Source of the DNA: Bacteroidota bacterium
Lineage (GTDB): Bacteria; Bacteroidota; Bacteroidia; UKL13-3
Assembly (NCBI GenBank): GCA_040388375.1
Contig: JAZKBU010000007.1
Span: 86,403-150,402, forward strand
DNA length: 64,000 nucleotides
Reading direction: 5' to 3'
The position numbers were made by a program, and so were the translations under genes. This document shows, in pieces, positions 10,609 to 19,759 of this stretch; the stretch's first letter is position 1, and every line of letters begins with the position of its first letter. The notes under the pieces are model-generated. The model had not been told where the DNA came from and made no database searches. It worked only from the letters and a program-made list of their open reading frames with translations.

Positions 10609-11781
10609 ATGAAGTATATTATTTTTAAGTGTGTAATTAGTTTAATTTTAGTTACTAGCTTTTGTTCAGGTTTAAAAAGTCAAAATTTTACCATTCACGA
10701 TGGGGATACTATCAATGTAACTGTTGATGGCAAGAAGCAAGGTTTTTGGCGTTACTACTGGCCTAATGACGATTTGAAATATGAAGTGTTTTACGAAAAC
10801 AATGAGAAACAAGGTCTGGAAATAAGATATTATGATGGACAAGACTGCATTGAACTAAGTAATACTTTTAAAAATGGAGTGCTTGATGGCCCTAGTGTTT
10901 CTTTTTTTCCTAATTGCAGCACACGTTGCGAAGAAATTTACAAAGATGGTTTAAAGAACGGTTACGAACGTTGTTACGATGAAGCCGGGTTTATGCAAAC
11001 CGAAGCTAATTTTACTAAAGGCGATTTAGTAGGAAGCTATGCTCATTTTGATAAGAAGGGTTATGTAACTTATGAAGCGCCCACCAAAGAAAAACCAACT
11101 ACTATAAAGTTTGATAAGTTTTTAACCGGAGAATATAAATTAAAAGACTCTACTATTTTTCATGCTTTCAGAAGAAACCCACAATGGAAAAAAATAGCTA
11201 TGGTGGTTGATTTAACTGGGAGTATGTTTCCTTATATAGGCCAATTGCTTATTTGGTATAAACAAAACTACGAAAGCGAAAAAGTAATGTTTTATACGCT
11301 TTTTCATGATGGTGGTGATGTAATTGATGAAACCAAGAAAGTGGGTTTAGTAGGTGGTGTTTATACTTTTGAAGCCAAAGATTTTAAGAAATTTAAGAAG
11401 GATATAGACGAAACCCGTAAAAAAGGTGGGGAACGCCAAGGCGGAGATGACCCTGAAAACGATTTAGAGGCGGTTTTAAAGACAATTACTACCTTACGTG
11501 GGTATTCAGACATAGTTTTAGTAGCCGATGACAGCCCGGTACGTGATATGGTTTTATTGAAAAGAATAAAAAAGCCAATTCATATTATTATTTGTGGTAC
11601 AGCAAAAGGAATTAATGCGGAGTATTTAAAAATTGCTTATCAAACCAAAGGTTCTATTCATACGGCCAAGGACGACATTAATATGAAAACCATTAAGGAG
11701 AACCAGGAGTTTACTATTGATGATGATATTTTTAAGTTTAGGGCTGGCGAATTTATATGGATGGATACGGTGGCTAAATAA
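10609..11781 (+). CDS. Secreted MORN-variant (YwqK-like) repeat plus vWA-like domain protein
   Basis: 390 aa with a signal peptide. N-terminal half has repeated G-x-W/Y-x-Y units (GFWRYYWPNDDLKYEVFYENNEKQGLEIRYY, FKNGVLDGPSVSFF, YKDGLKNGYERCY). C-terminal half has a MIDAS-like VVDLTGSM and GGDDPENDLEAV. Confidence 0.75.
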   Translation: MKYIIFKCVISLILVTSFCSGLKSQNFTIHDGDTINVTVDGKKQGFWRYYWPNDDLKYEVFYENNEKQGLEIRYYDGQDCIELSNTFKNGVLDGPSVSFFPNCSTRCEEIYKDGLKNGYERCYDEAGFMQTEANFTKGDLVGSYAHFDKKGYVTYEAPTKEKPTTIKFDKFLTGEYKLKDSTIFHAFRRNPQWKKIAMVVDLTGSMFPYIGQLLIWYKQNYESEKVMFYTLFHDGGDVIDETKKVGLVGGVYTFEAKDFKKFKKDIDETRKKGGERQGGDDPENDLEAVLKTITTLRGYSDIVLVADDSPVRDMVLLKRIKKPIHIIICGTAKGINAEYLKIAYQTKGSIHTAKDDINMKTIKENQEFTIDDDIFKFRAGEFIWMDTVAK

Positions 11782-11802
11782 TTTTTAGCTTTAATGATAA
11801 AA

Positions 11803-11841
11803 CAAAAAGCCCTGACTAAATATTTAGTCGGGGCTTTTTTA
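11803..11841. terminator. Bidirectional terminator between convergent 10609..11781 and topA
   Basis: Stem aagccctgactaaa / tttagtcggggctt (one G.U), flanked by an A-run on the left and T-run on the right. Confidence 0.8.
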
Positions 11842-11853
11842 TGGTATATTTTA

Positions 11854-14256
11854 TTAAGCTTTTTTAGCCACTTTCTTGGCGGCTTTTTTCACTGCTTTCT
11901 TTGCTGTTTTGGCTACCTTTTTTACGGCAATTTTCTTCGCTGCTTTTTTATTGGCAGCAGCTTTTGTTTCTGCACTTGGTACTTTTACCAGTTTTATTAA
12001 ATCTTCGTAAGTAAGTGTATTTACATCGGAACCTTTAGGTAGTTTATAGTTGTCTTTACCATAAGCTAAGTAAGGTCCCCAACGGCCATTTAATAGTTTA
12101 AGGTTGGTGTCTTCTTCAAATACTTTAATAAGCTTATTGGCATCTTTTTCTCTTTTTTCCAGTATTAACTCAATAGCTCTTTCTGCTGTTATACTAAAAA
12201 CATCATCGGTTTTTGGAATAGTAGTAAACACACTGTTATGTACTATATATGGCCCAAAGCGTCCGATGGCGGCTTTCATATCTTTATCTTCAAACTGACC
12301 AACTACTCTAGGTAGTTTAAATAACTCTAATGCATCTTCTAAACTAATGGTCTCAATTAACTGGTTGCTGCGCAAGCTGGCAAAACGTGGTTTTTCTGCA
12401 TTGGCATCATCGCTGTTTTCGCCTATTTGCGCATAAGGACCATATTTACCCACTTTAACCAATACGGGTTTATTGGTTTCCGGATCGTTTCCTAATAAGC
12501 GCTCCGCATTTTGACGCTCTGCATTGGCACTTGTATTGGTTACTTCCTGGTGAAAAGGTGTATAGAATTTTGAAATCATATTATTCCATACCAATTGACC
12601 TCTGGCAATTTTATCAAACTCTTCTTCCACACTGGCAGTAAAGCCATAGTCCATAATGTTTTCAAAGTGTTTGGCTAAAAAATCGGTAACAACCATTCCT
12701 ATATCGCTAGGAAATAGTTTTGATTTTTCGCTGCCATATTTCTCTGATTTTACACTGCGTGTAATGTTATTGTTTTCAAAAAATAAAACGGTGAAGTTTC
12801 TTTCTTTTCCTTCTCTATCTTCTTTTATTACGTAACCTCGTTTTTGTACGGTACCAATAGTTGGTGCGTAGGTACTTGGTCTACCTATACCTAATTCTTC
12901 CAGTTTTTTTACCAAACTTGCTTCCGTATAGCGTGGAGCTGGTCTGCTAAAACGTTCGGTAGCATCTATATTGATTAAGTTTAATGTTTCACCTACTTTT
13001 AAAGGTGGTAGCATTTTGCTGTTTTCATCATCGCTTTCGTCATCGGTACTTTCTAAGTATACCTTTAAAAAACCATCAAACTTTAATACCTCACCAGTAG
13101 CTGTAAAAGTATCGGGCATGGTTGAAATGGTAACGGTAGCAATGGTTCTTTCAATTTGCGCTTTGCTCATTTGCGAGGCAATGGCACGTTTCCAAATCAA
13201 ATCATACAAGCGTTTTTCCTGTACGGTTCCATCTATTTCTGCTTTTTCGAAATAGGTGGGTCTGATGGCCTCATGCGCTTCTTGTGCACTATCGCTTTTG
13301 GTGGTATATCTTCTTGAGTTGGAGTATTTATCGCCATAGCTGGCAATAATATTTTCTTTGGCATTGGCAATGGCTAACTCACTTAAGTTAACCGAGTCGG
13401 TACGCATATAAGTAATGTGTCCGTGTTCGTATAGTTTTTGGGCAACGCTCATAGTAGCTGTTACACCAAATCCTAATTTCCTGCTCGCTTCCTGTTGTAA
13501 GGTTGAAGTGGTAAATGGAGCAGCCGGTGATTTTTCAGCCGGTTTTACTTCTAAATTTTTAATAGTAAAACTAGCATTTTTACATTTTTCTAAAAAGGCC
13601 TGTGCTTCAGCTTCTGTTTCAAAACGTTTAGGTAACTCAGCATCCATTTGTTTACCGCCTACGTTAAACTTAGCGGTAACTTTAAATGCAGAGCTTTGGT
13701 TAAAGTTGTTTATTTCTCTTTCGCGCTCTACTATTAATTTAACAGCTACTGATTGTACTCTGCCTGCTGATAAACTAGGGCGTACTTTTTTCCATAATAC
13801 TGGGCTTAATTCAAAACCTACTAACCTGTCTAAAACCCTGCGTGCCTGTTGGGCATCAACCAGGTTTTTATCAATAGTACGTGGATTTTCAACGGCACGT
13901 AAAATAGCGGGCTTGGTAATTTCGTGAAAAACAATACGTTTTGTTTTTTTTGAATCTAATCCCAATACTTCGCTTAAATGCCAGCTAATGGCTTCTCCTT
14001 CACGGTCCTCATCGGATGCCAGCCAAACAGTTTCTGCTATTTTCGATAATTTCTTTAACTCAGCTACAACTATTTTTTTATCGTCACTTACTTCGTAATG
14101 GGGTGTAAAATTATTTTTTATATCAATGGCTTCATCACCTTTTGCAAGGTCTCTGATGTGGCCATAACAACTTTTAACAGTAAACTCACTACCTAAAAAT
14201 TTTTCGATGGTTTTAGCTTTCGCAGGGGACTCAACAATTACAAGGTTTTTACTCAT
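11854..14256 (-). CDS. topA: DNA topoisomerase I with Lys/Ala-rich C-terminal tail
   Basis: 800 aa. Toprim N-terminus MSKNLVIVESPAKAKTIEKFLG, DEDREGE, active-site GHITYMRTDS. The tail reads KKAAKKIAVKKVAKTAKKAVKKAAKKVAKKA. Confidence 0.97.
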   Translation of the reverse strand: MSKNLVIVESPAKAKTIEKFLGSEFTVKSCYGHIRDLAKGDEAIDIKNNFTPHYEVSDDKKIVVAELKKLSKIAETVWLASDEDREGEAISWHLSEVLGLDSKKTKRIVFHEITKPAILRAVENPRTIDKNLVDAQQARRVLDRLVGFELSPVLWKKVRPSLSAGRVQSVAVKLIVEREREINNFNQSSAFKVTAKFNVGGKQMDAELPKRFETEAEAQAFLEKCKNASFTIKNLEVKPAEKSPAAPFTTSTLQQEASRKLGFGVTATMSVAQKLYEHGHITYMRTDSVNLSELAIANAKENIIASYGDKYSNSRRYTTKSDSAQEAHEAIRPTYFEKAEIDGTVQEKRLYDLIWKRAIASQMSKAQIERTIATVTISTMPDTFTATGEVLKFDGFLKVYLESTDDESDDENSKMLPPLKVGETLNLINIDATERFSRPAPRYTEASLVKKLEELGIGRPSTYAPTIGTVQKRGYVIKEDREGKERNFTVLFFENNNITRSVKSEKYGSEKSKLFPSDIGMVVTDFLAKHFENIMDYGFTASVEEEFDKIARGQLVWNNMISKFYTPFHQEVTNTSANAERQNAERLLGNDPETNKPVLVKVGKYGPYAQIGENSDDANAEKPRFASLRSNQLIETISLEDALELFKLPRVVGQFEDKDMKAAIGRFGPYIVHNSVFTTIPKTDDVFSITAERAIELILEKREKDANKLIKVFEEDTNLKLLNGRWGPYLAYGKDNYKLPKGSDVNTLTYEDLIKLVKVPSAETKAAANKKAAKKIAVKKVAKTAKKAVKKAAKKVAKKA

Positions 14257-14427
14257 CAGTTTTATTTATAGGATAACAATATGAAATTTTAAATACGGGC
14301 GCAAAGTTCAAAATTTATTTTAAAAAGCAAGCTAATCTTAAAAAACCTTTGCCTGTTTAAAAGTTAAAATTGCTGTAAAGTGTTTTTTACCAGTAAAATA
14401 CGACAGTATTTTATAAAAAAAATAACT

Positions 14428-14619
14428 TTAATACCCTTGCGGATTTGACCGTTGCTTTACTCTTTTTTTCTTTACAAGTCCGTGTTTATCTATTCTGTTG
14501 TGGGTATCAACCTGGGTAAAATCAGGACATTTTTTTGACTTACATCCGGTTAATGTACTATAGGAAAAACCCACCAAACCAATTAATAAAAGTGTTTGTA
14601 TTTTTTTTAAAGGGCTCAT
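14428..14619 (-). CDS. Small lipoprotein (hypothetical)
   Basis: 63 aa. Signal peptide plus lipobox LTGC. Lies 18 nt downstream of rnr on the same strand. Confidence 0.5.
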   Translation of the reverse strand: MSPLKKIQTLLLIGLVGFSYSTLTGCKSKKCPDFTQVDTHNRIDKHGLVKKKRVKQRSNPQGY

Positions 14620-14637
14620 TGTTGTATTGATTAAGTT

Positions 14638-16854
14638 TTAACGCCTGCGTTTTTTATTTCCTCTTCCTTTTGAACGGTCTTTTTCTTTTTTGAAACGTTG
14701 CTGGTTTTTACGTAATTCTTTTACCAATGCATCGCCTTCCATTTCTAAATCAATCTGGCGTTTAATAACATCGGCTGCTACTACACGTACTTTAACTATA
14801 TCGCCTAACTGGTATTTTTTGCGTGTGGCTCTGCCAATAATGCACAGGTTCTTTTCATCGTATTCATAATAGTCGTCCTGCATATTGGCTAAACGAATCA
14901 ATCCTTCGCAACGGTATTGGGTTATTTCTACATACATTCCCCATTCGGTTACTCCGCTTATAATTCCATCAAACGTTTCACCTATAAAATCGCGTATATA
15001 TTCTACCTGTTTATATTTAATACTGGCTCTTTCTGCATCGGATGCTTTTTGTTCCATTGACGAAGATTGTTTACACATTTCTTCATACATATCCTGATTA
15101 CCACTTTTTTCTCCATTTAAATAATCAAACAATAAGCGGTGTGCCAGCAAATCAGGATAACGCCTGATAGGGGAGGTAAAGTGTGAGTAATAGTCAAATG
15201 CTAAACCATAATGTCCTGATTTTTTGGTGCTGTAAAATGCTTTGGACATGGTGCGGATAGCCTGGCTTTGTAATAAGTTTTGCTCCGGCTTACCTTCTAC
15301 TTCGAGTAAAAAGTTATTAAGCGATTTGGCTACTTTGTTAGGATTGTCAAGGCTTAAACTATACCCGAAACGTGCAGCAAACATGCCAAATAGTTTTAAT
15401 TTATCTTCGTTCGGGCTTTCATGCACACGGTATACGTAGGTGTATTTTTGATTGCCTTTACCCATAGTGGCTACATATTCAGCTACTTTTTTATTGGCCA
15501 ACAACATAAACTCTTCAATCAGTTTATGGGCATCTTTTCGTACTTTAATGTATATATCAACGGGCTTAAAGTTTTCGTCTAACTTGAATTTTACTTCTTC
15601 TGTTTCAAAACTAATAGCTCCGCTTTTAAACCTTTCTTCGCGCATTTGTTTGGCTAAATTATTTAGCAAAACTATTTCATCTGCATAATCGCCTGTGCCT
15701 GTTTCTATGCGTTCCTGTGCTTCTTCGTAACTAAATCTTCTGTCACTATAAATAACGGTTTTACCAAACCATTCTGATAATACCTGTGCTTTATCGTTAA
15801 TGGTAAATACGGCTGAAAAGGTTAGTTTTTCTTCCTGCGGACGCAGGGAACACAAACCATTCGATAGCTTTTCGGGTAGCATAGGAATGGTTCTATCAAC
15901 TAAATAAACAGATGTTCCGCGGTTATAGGCTTCGGTGTTTAATTCTGATTTAGGTGTTACGTAATGGGAAACATCGGCAATGTGTACACCAATTTCATAA
16001 ATACCTTTTTCTATTTCTTTGAATGAAATAGCATCGTCAAAATCTTTGGCATCAGCGGGGTCAATAGTAAAGGTGAGTGTTTTTCTAAAGTCTTTGCGTT
16101 TGCTTATTTCTTCTTTGCTTATTTTATCGCTAAAACGGGCTGCTTCTTTTTCAACCGAATCGGCAAATTTATTGGCAAAGCCAAACTCAGCTACAATAGC
16201 GTTCATTTCGGTATTGTGTTCGCCCGGCTTACCTAATATTTCAATCACTTCTCCCGTTGGGTTATCATCATGTGGCATCCAATGGGTTAGGCGTACTATT
16301 ACTTTTTCGCCATTTTTTGCTTTGTTTATTTTTTCCTTCGGAATAAAAATATCGGTATACATGCGCTTGTCGTCAGCTACTAAAAAAGCATAGTTGAAGT
16401 TTACCTGTATGGTTCCTACAAAATCAATTTTATCCCTGTGTACTATTTCAACAATTTCGCCCGTTTGTTTGCCATTGTTTTTTGCTGCCAGTACCTGTAC
16501 TTTTACTTTGTCGCCATGTAAGGCGGTGTTTACGTTTTCTTTCTGAATAAAAATGTCGTTGCTGTCATCGCCTCTGGCAGCCTCTATTGGTTTTACATAA
16601 GCAGCACCGCGCTGGGTCATATCAACTATACCTTCCACAAACTGGGCTGTAAATACGGCTGCAAATTTACCTGGTTGTACTTCTTCCAAAGCACCTGCTT
16701 TTACCAATTGTTTAATGGCAAGTATTACATCGTTTTTTTCTTCAGTGCTTGTTATTTCAAGCTTAGCCGCAATTTGTTTATAGTTTAATAATTTACGTTG
16801 GTTTTCGGCAAATACCTGTTCAACCCTACGTTTTATTTTATCTAGTTTAGCCAT
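14638..16854 (-). CDS. rnr: Ribonuclease R
   Basis: 738 aa. RNB domain (FTIDPADAKDFDDAISF), C-terminal S1 domain (GIISGVTEWGMYVEI) and a basic tail. Confidence 0.95.
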   Translation of the reverse strand: MAKLDKIKRRVEQVFAENQRKLLNYKQIAAKLEITSTEEKNDVILAIKQLVKAGALEEVQPGKFAAVFTAQFVEGIVDMTQRGAAYVKPIEAARGDDSNDIFIQKENVNTALHGDKVKVQVLAAKNNGKQTGEIVEIVHRDKIDFVGTIQVNFNYAFLVADDKRMYTDIFIPKEKINKAKNGEKVIVRLTHWMPHDDNPTGEVIEILGKPGEHNTEMNAIVAEFGFANKFADSVEKEAARFSDKISKEEISKRKDFRKTLTFTIDPADAKDFDDAISFKEIEKGIYEIGVHIADVSHYVTPKSELNTEAYNRGTSVYLVDRTIPMLPEKLSNGLCSLRPQEEKLTFSAVFTINDKAQVLSEWFGKTVIYSDRRFSYEEAQERIETGTGDYADEIVLLNNLAKQMREERFKSGAISFETEEVKFKLDENFKPVDIYIKVRKDAHKLIEEFMLLANKKVAEYVATMGKGNQKYTYVYRVHESPNEDKLKLFGMFAARFGYSLSLDNPNKVAKSLNNFLLEVEGKPEQNLLQSQAIRTMSKAFYSTKKSGHYGLAFDYYSHFTSPIRRYPDLLAHRLLFDYLNGEKSGNQDMYEEMCKQSSSMEQKASDAERASIKYKQVEYIRDFIGETFDGIISGVTEWGMYVEITQYRCEGLIRLANMQDDYYEYDEKNLCIIGRATRKKYQLGDIVKVRVVAADVIKRQIDLEMEGDALVKELRKNQQRFKKEKDRSKGRGNKKRRR

Positions 16855-17005
16855 TATAATTAATTAAAATTAAGTGCAAAGTAATCATTACTTAACTAGA
16901 GATATTAGCATATAATCCCCAATTAGGTATTTATGACAAGGGCTTTACTGTTTTAACGGATGCATAATTTAAAACTTACATTGTGCTGAATTGGGTTAAT
17001 TAGCC

Positions 17006-17013
17006 TATTTTTG
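17006..17013 (+). promoter_or_regulatory. Candidate Bacteroidetes -7 promoter box TATTTTTG
   Basis: Matches TAnnTTTG, 23 nt upstream of the ATG at 17036. No well-spaced -33 TTTG seen. Confidence 0.4.
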
Positions 17014-17035
17014 ACAAAATTTATAAATTCAAAAT

Positions 17036-17878
17036 ATGAACAAAGTTATTGCATTAACACTTGTTGCTGCGGCTTTTACCTTATCATCGTGTAGCAAAGA
17101 TTCGGGGCCTACTGAAGATAAGTGTGCTGGAAAATATGCACCAAGTGGTGTAACCAATTTATTAATCAGCTTAGATCAGGACAAGCAAATGGGCTTGGCT
17201 ACGGTTGCTGAAATTGAAAAAAATTCAACAGAGTATCCATTGTTAGATTCGGCTTCGCATCCGGTTGCTTATAGCCATATTAACCGCATTACTAAAAATA
17301 TTTTAGATAGCGGTGGGGTATATTATAGAAACGAATTTGCATGGCGTGTACGCATTATAAAAAAGGATGACGTGTTGAACGCTTTTTGTACTCCGGGAGG
17401 ATATATTTATGTGTATACAGGTTTAATTAAATACCTAGATAACGAAACACAATTGGCAGGTGTAATGGGTCATGAAATAGCGCATGCTGATAAACGCCAT
17501 AGCGCTAACCAAATGGTAAAACAATACGGATTAAATGCTTTAATAAGTGTACTAACCGGAGGAAGTGCGGGTGAGTTAAGTACTTTAGCGGCTAATTTAT
17601 TATTGCTTAAATATGGTAGAGATGATGAAACCGAAGCGGATAAATTCTCGGTTAAATATTTGAATGGAACGAGTTATGATGGGAGAGGTGCTAAATACTT
17701 TTTTGAAAAACTAATTGCCAGCGGACAAGGTGGAAGCACACCGGCTTTTTTAAGTACACATCCAAATCCTGATACAAGGGTAGCTGATATTACGGCTGTT
17801 TGGGAATGTTATGGAAGTAGACCCGGTCAAACTTTTGATGCGCAATACATGGCTTTTAAAGCTAGTTTACCAAACTAG
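17036..17878 (+). CDS. M48 family metallopeptidase, lipoprotein
   Basis: 280 aa. Lipobox LSSCSKD, HEIAHADKRH zinc motif, downstream EADKFS. Confidence 0.9.
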   Translation: MNKVIALTLVAAAFTLSSCSKDSGPTEDKCAGKYAPSGVTNLLISLDQDKQMGLATVAEIEKNSTEYPLLDSASHPVAYSHINRITKNILDSGGVYYRNEFAWRVRIIKKDDVLNAFCTPGGYIYVYTGLIKYLDNETQLAGVMGHEIAHADKRHSANQMVKQYGLNALISVLTGGSAGELSTLAANLLLLKYGRDDETEADKFSVKYLNGTSYDGRGAKYFFEKLIASGQGGSTPAFLSTHPNPDTRVADITAVWECYGSRPGQTFDAQYMAFKASLPN

Positions 17879-17894
17879 AATAAAACGAGATAAT

Positions 17895-17930
17895 AAAAAG
17901 GCACTTATTGAAAAATAAGTGCCTTTTTTG
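17895..17930. terminator. Bidirectional terminator between convergent genes
   Basis: 10-bp stem ggcacttatt (17900-17909) / aataagtgcc (17914-17923), GAAA loop, A-run before and T6 after. Confidence 0.85.
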
Positions 17931-17935
17931 TTTTA

Positions 17936-18415
17936 CTATTTATTAGTATCATCAATATCCTGACCTTCTTTGCAGGGGTTTCTGCCTTTATATTGAGGCT
18001 CGTGTATATTGGGCTTGTGTGCATAATCAAAGTTATTCATGTCTTTATGGTCACACAGGTAAATAGGGCGACCATCGCATACGTGTGGAGTTCCACCCGG
18101 ATATCCGCCCTTGGTTTTGCAGGTTGATATTAAGAAAACGATTAAACTACCCAATACAGCGGTCCATTTAAAAGTAGTAAAAAAGCGAGGCATTTTTATA
18201 GGCTCTTGGTACAGTGTTGTATGGTTAAATTTTCCGCAAATTTCTTCTTCCGAAGTTTCAATTTTATTGATAATGGCTGCTGTTTCCCAGCCCCTGAAGT
18301 CATGTACCTTTTTGCTGCATGTATCGCAAAAGCGCCCACCTGCTACTTTATGCATAGCCGACCATTTGGCTTTACAAGGTTCAGGCAATACAATTATTTT
18401 ATCTGTTGACTCCAT
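17936..18415 (-). CDS. Hypothetical membrane protein with N-terminal Cys-rich (zinc-ribbon-like) motif
   Basis: 159 aa. CKAKWSAMHKVAGGRFCDTCSKKVHDF motif is common at N-termini of Bacteroidetes proteins. One TM helix (WTAVLGSLIVFLIS). Confidence 0.7.
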   Translation of the reverse strand: MESTDKIIVLPEPCKAKWSAMHKVAGGRFCDTCSKKVHDFRGWETAAIINKIETSEEEICGKFNHTTLYQEPIKMPRFFTTFKWTAVLGSLIVFLISTCKTKGGYPGGTPHVCDGRPIYLCDHKDMNNFDYAHKPNIHEPQYKGRNPCKEGQDIDDTNK

Positions 18416-18725
18416 ACTGCAATATAAAAAGTTCTGTTTATAAAGTTATTTTTCCAATAAAAAAATCCGTGTAAAATATTTCTAAAAACTATTTGATGGA
18501 TGCTATTTTGCTTATAAATAAATGTACATTTGCTAGCGAAAGGTCGGTATATATTTGAAAAAATTAATACTATTTTTAAAACGGCTCAACCACATATCAA
18601 AACCAGGCTTTTTTACCCTCGTGGGATTTTTAATACTTGTATTAGAGACGTTAGAAGGTTGCGGTGCCAGTGGAGGCTAAATCCTTATTCATTTCGGATT
18701 TTTATCAAAAGCCGACCTTTCTTTT

Positions 18726-18751
18726 AAGTCAGTTCGAGCGGAGTCAAGAAC
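18726..18751 (-). repeat. Family C repeat, partial copy in reverse orientation
   Basis: aagtcagttcgagcggagtcaagaac equals the reverse complement of 27279-27304 (gttctcgactccgctcgaactgactt, the 3-prime arm of C3 at 27282-27303) with one mismatch. Confidence 0.75.
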
Positions 18752-18763
18752 CGCGATATTATA

Positions 18764-18802
18764 AACAAAAAAGGCAGCTTAAATTTTAAACTGCCTTTTT
18801 TA
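18764..18802 (-). terminator. Terminator downstream of fabI
   Basis: Stem aaggcag(c)ttaaa / tttaa(a)ctgcctt. A-run on the + strand left flank gives a U-run on the minus transcript. Confidence 0.75.
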
Positions 18803-18821
18803 TTAGTTATTATATTAACTA

Positions 18822-19640
18822 CTATTCTACGTCTTTGCCCACGTTAAATACATCGGGGCTAAAGCCTGTAAAGCTAAAACCACCATCGTGGAAAAGGTTT
18901 TGCATGGTAACCATTCTGCTTAAATCGCTAAACATTAATACGCAATAGTCTGCACACTGCTCAGCATTGGCATTGCCTAATGGACTTAATGCTTCTGCAT
19001 AATCAAAGAAATCGCCAAAACCTTTTACGCCACTGCCTGCAGTAGTTTTGGTAGGGCTTTGCGAAATGGTATTGATACGTACTTTTTTGCTTTTACCGTA
19101 GTGGTAACCAAAGCTACGCGAAATACCTTCTAATAAAGTTTTAGCATCGGCCATTTCACTGTAATCAGGGAAAATACGTTGTGCTGCAATATAGGTTAAG
19201 GCTACTACTGAACCCCAATCGTTAATAGCATCCTTTTTATAGCAGGTAGCCAATAAACGGTGAAAACTCATGGCTGAAATGTCTAATGTTTCATGCATAA
19301 ATTTATAATCCAACTCGGTATAAACTTTGCCTTTTCTTATATTCATACTCATACCAACGGAGTGTAATATAAAATCAATTTTACCGCCTAAAATCTCCAT
19401 CGACTTATCAATCAAATTTTCCATGTCTTCGTTTTTAGTTACGTCACATGAAATAATTTGTGCATTGTTACAAGCTGCGGCCAGGTTGTTTATTTCGCCC
19501 ATACGCATAGCAATGGGTGCATTGGTTAACACAAATTGTGCACCTTGCTCATGGCATTTTAAAGCTACTTGCCAGGCTATTGATTTATCGTTTAATGCAC
19601 CGAATATGATGCCCTTTTTTCCTTTTAGTAAATTATTCAT
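18822..19640 (-). CDS. fabI: Enoyl-[acyl-carrier-protein] reductase (NADH)
   Basis: 272 aa. GKKGIIFGALNDKSIAW N-terminus and Y-x6-K (DYSEMADAK), typical FabI. Confidence 0.95.
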   Translation of the reverse strand: MNNLLKGKKGIIFGALNDKSIAWQVALKCHEQGAQFVLTNAPIAMRMGEINNLAAACNNAQIISCDVTKNEDMENLIDKSMEILGGKIDFILHSVGMSMNIRKGKVYTELDYKFMHETLDISAMSFHRLLATCYKKDAINDWGSVVALTYIAAQRIFPDYSEMADAKTLLEGISRSFGYHYGKSKKVRINTISQSPTKTTAGSGVKGFGDFFDYAEALSPLGNANAEQCADYCVLMFSDLSRMVTMQNLFHDGGFSFTGFSPDVFNVGKDVE

Positions 19641-19739
19641 TTTATAAGTAATTAGTTAATCAGGTTAACCGGTTAATTAAGTTGATTTTTAAATATGATT
19701 AGTTAAACAGTGAACGCGCAATTTTAAGGTTTTTCTGCT

Positions 19740-19747
19740 TAGATTTG
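19740..19747 (+). promoter_or_regulatory. Candidate -7 promoter box TAGATTTG
   Basis: Matches TAnnTTTG, 12 nt upstream of ATG 19760. The ORF-track TTG start (19745) lies inside this box, so I prefer ATG 19760 with a very short leader. Confidence 0.4.
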
Positions 19748-19759
19748 AAAATATTTTTT

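Noticed and set aside
13415-13927. A 170-aa + strand ORF, and many similar 60-130-aa ORFs antisense to topA, rnr, leuS, the T9SS protein, SulP and the HK (e.g. 16019..16393, 27527..27811, 36982..37383, 57988..58353, 59754..60026).
   Set aside because: Each lies wholly inside a confidently recognised gene on the opposite strand. They have the S/L/F/C-rich, motif-free composition expected from the antisense of AT-rich coding DNA.
18530-18727. A 65-aa TTG-initiated ORF in the 18.4-18.8 kb gap.
   Set aside because: It is highly basic, has no motif, uses a non-ATG start, and coincides with the long-range stem structure and a repeat fragment. It is better explained as non-coding (see finding).
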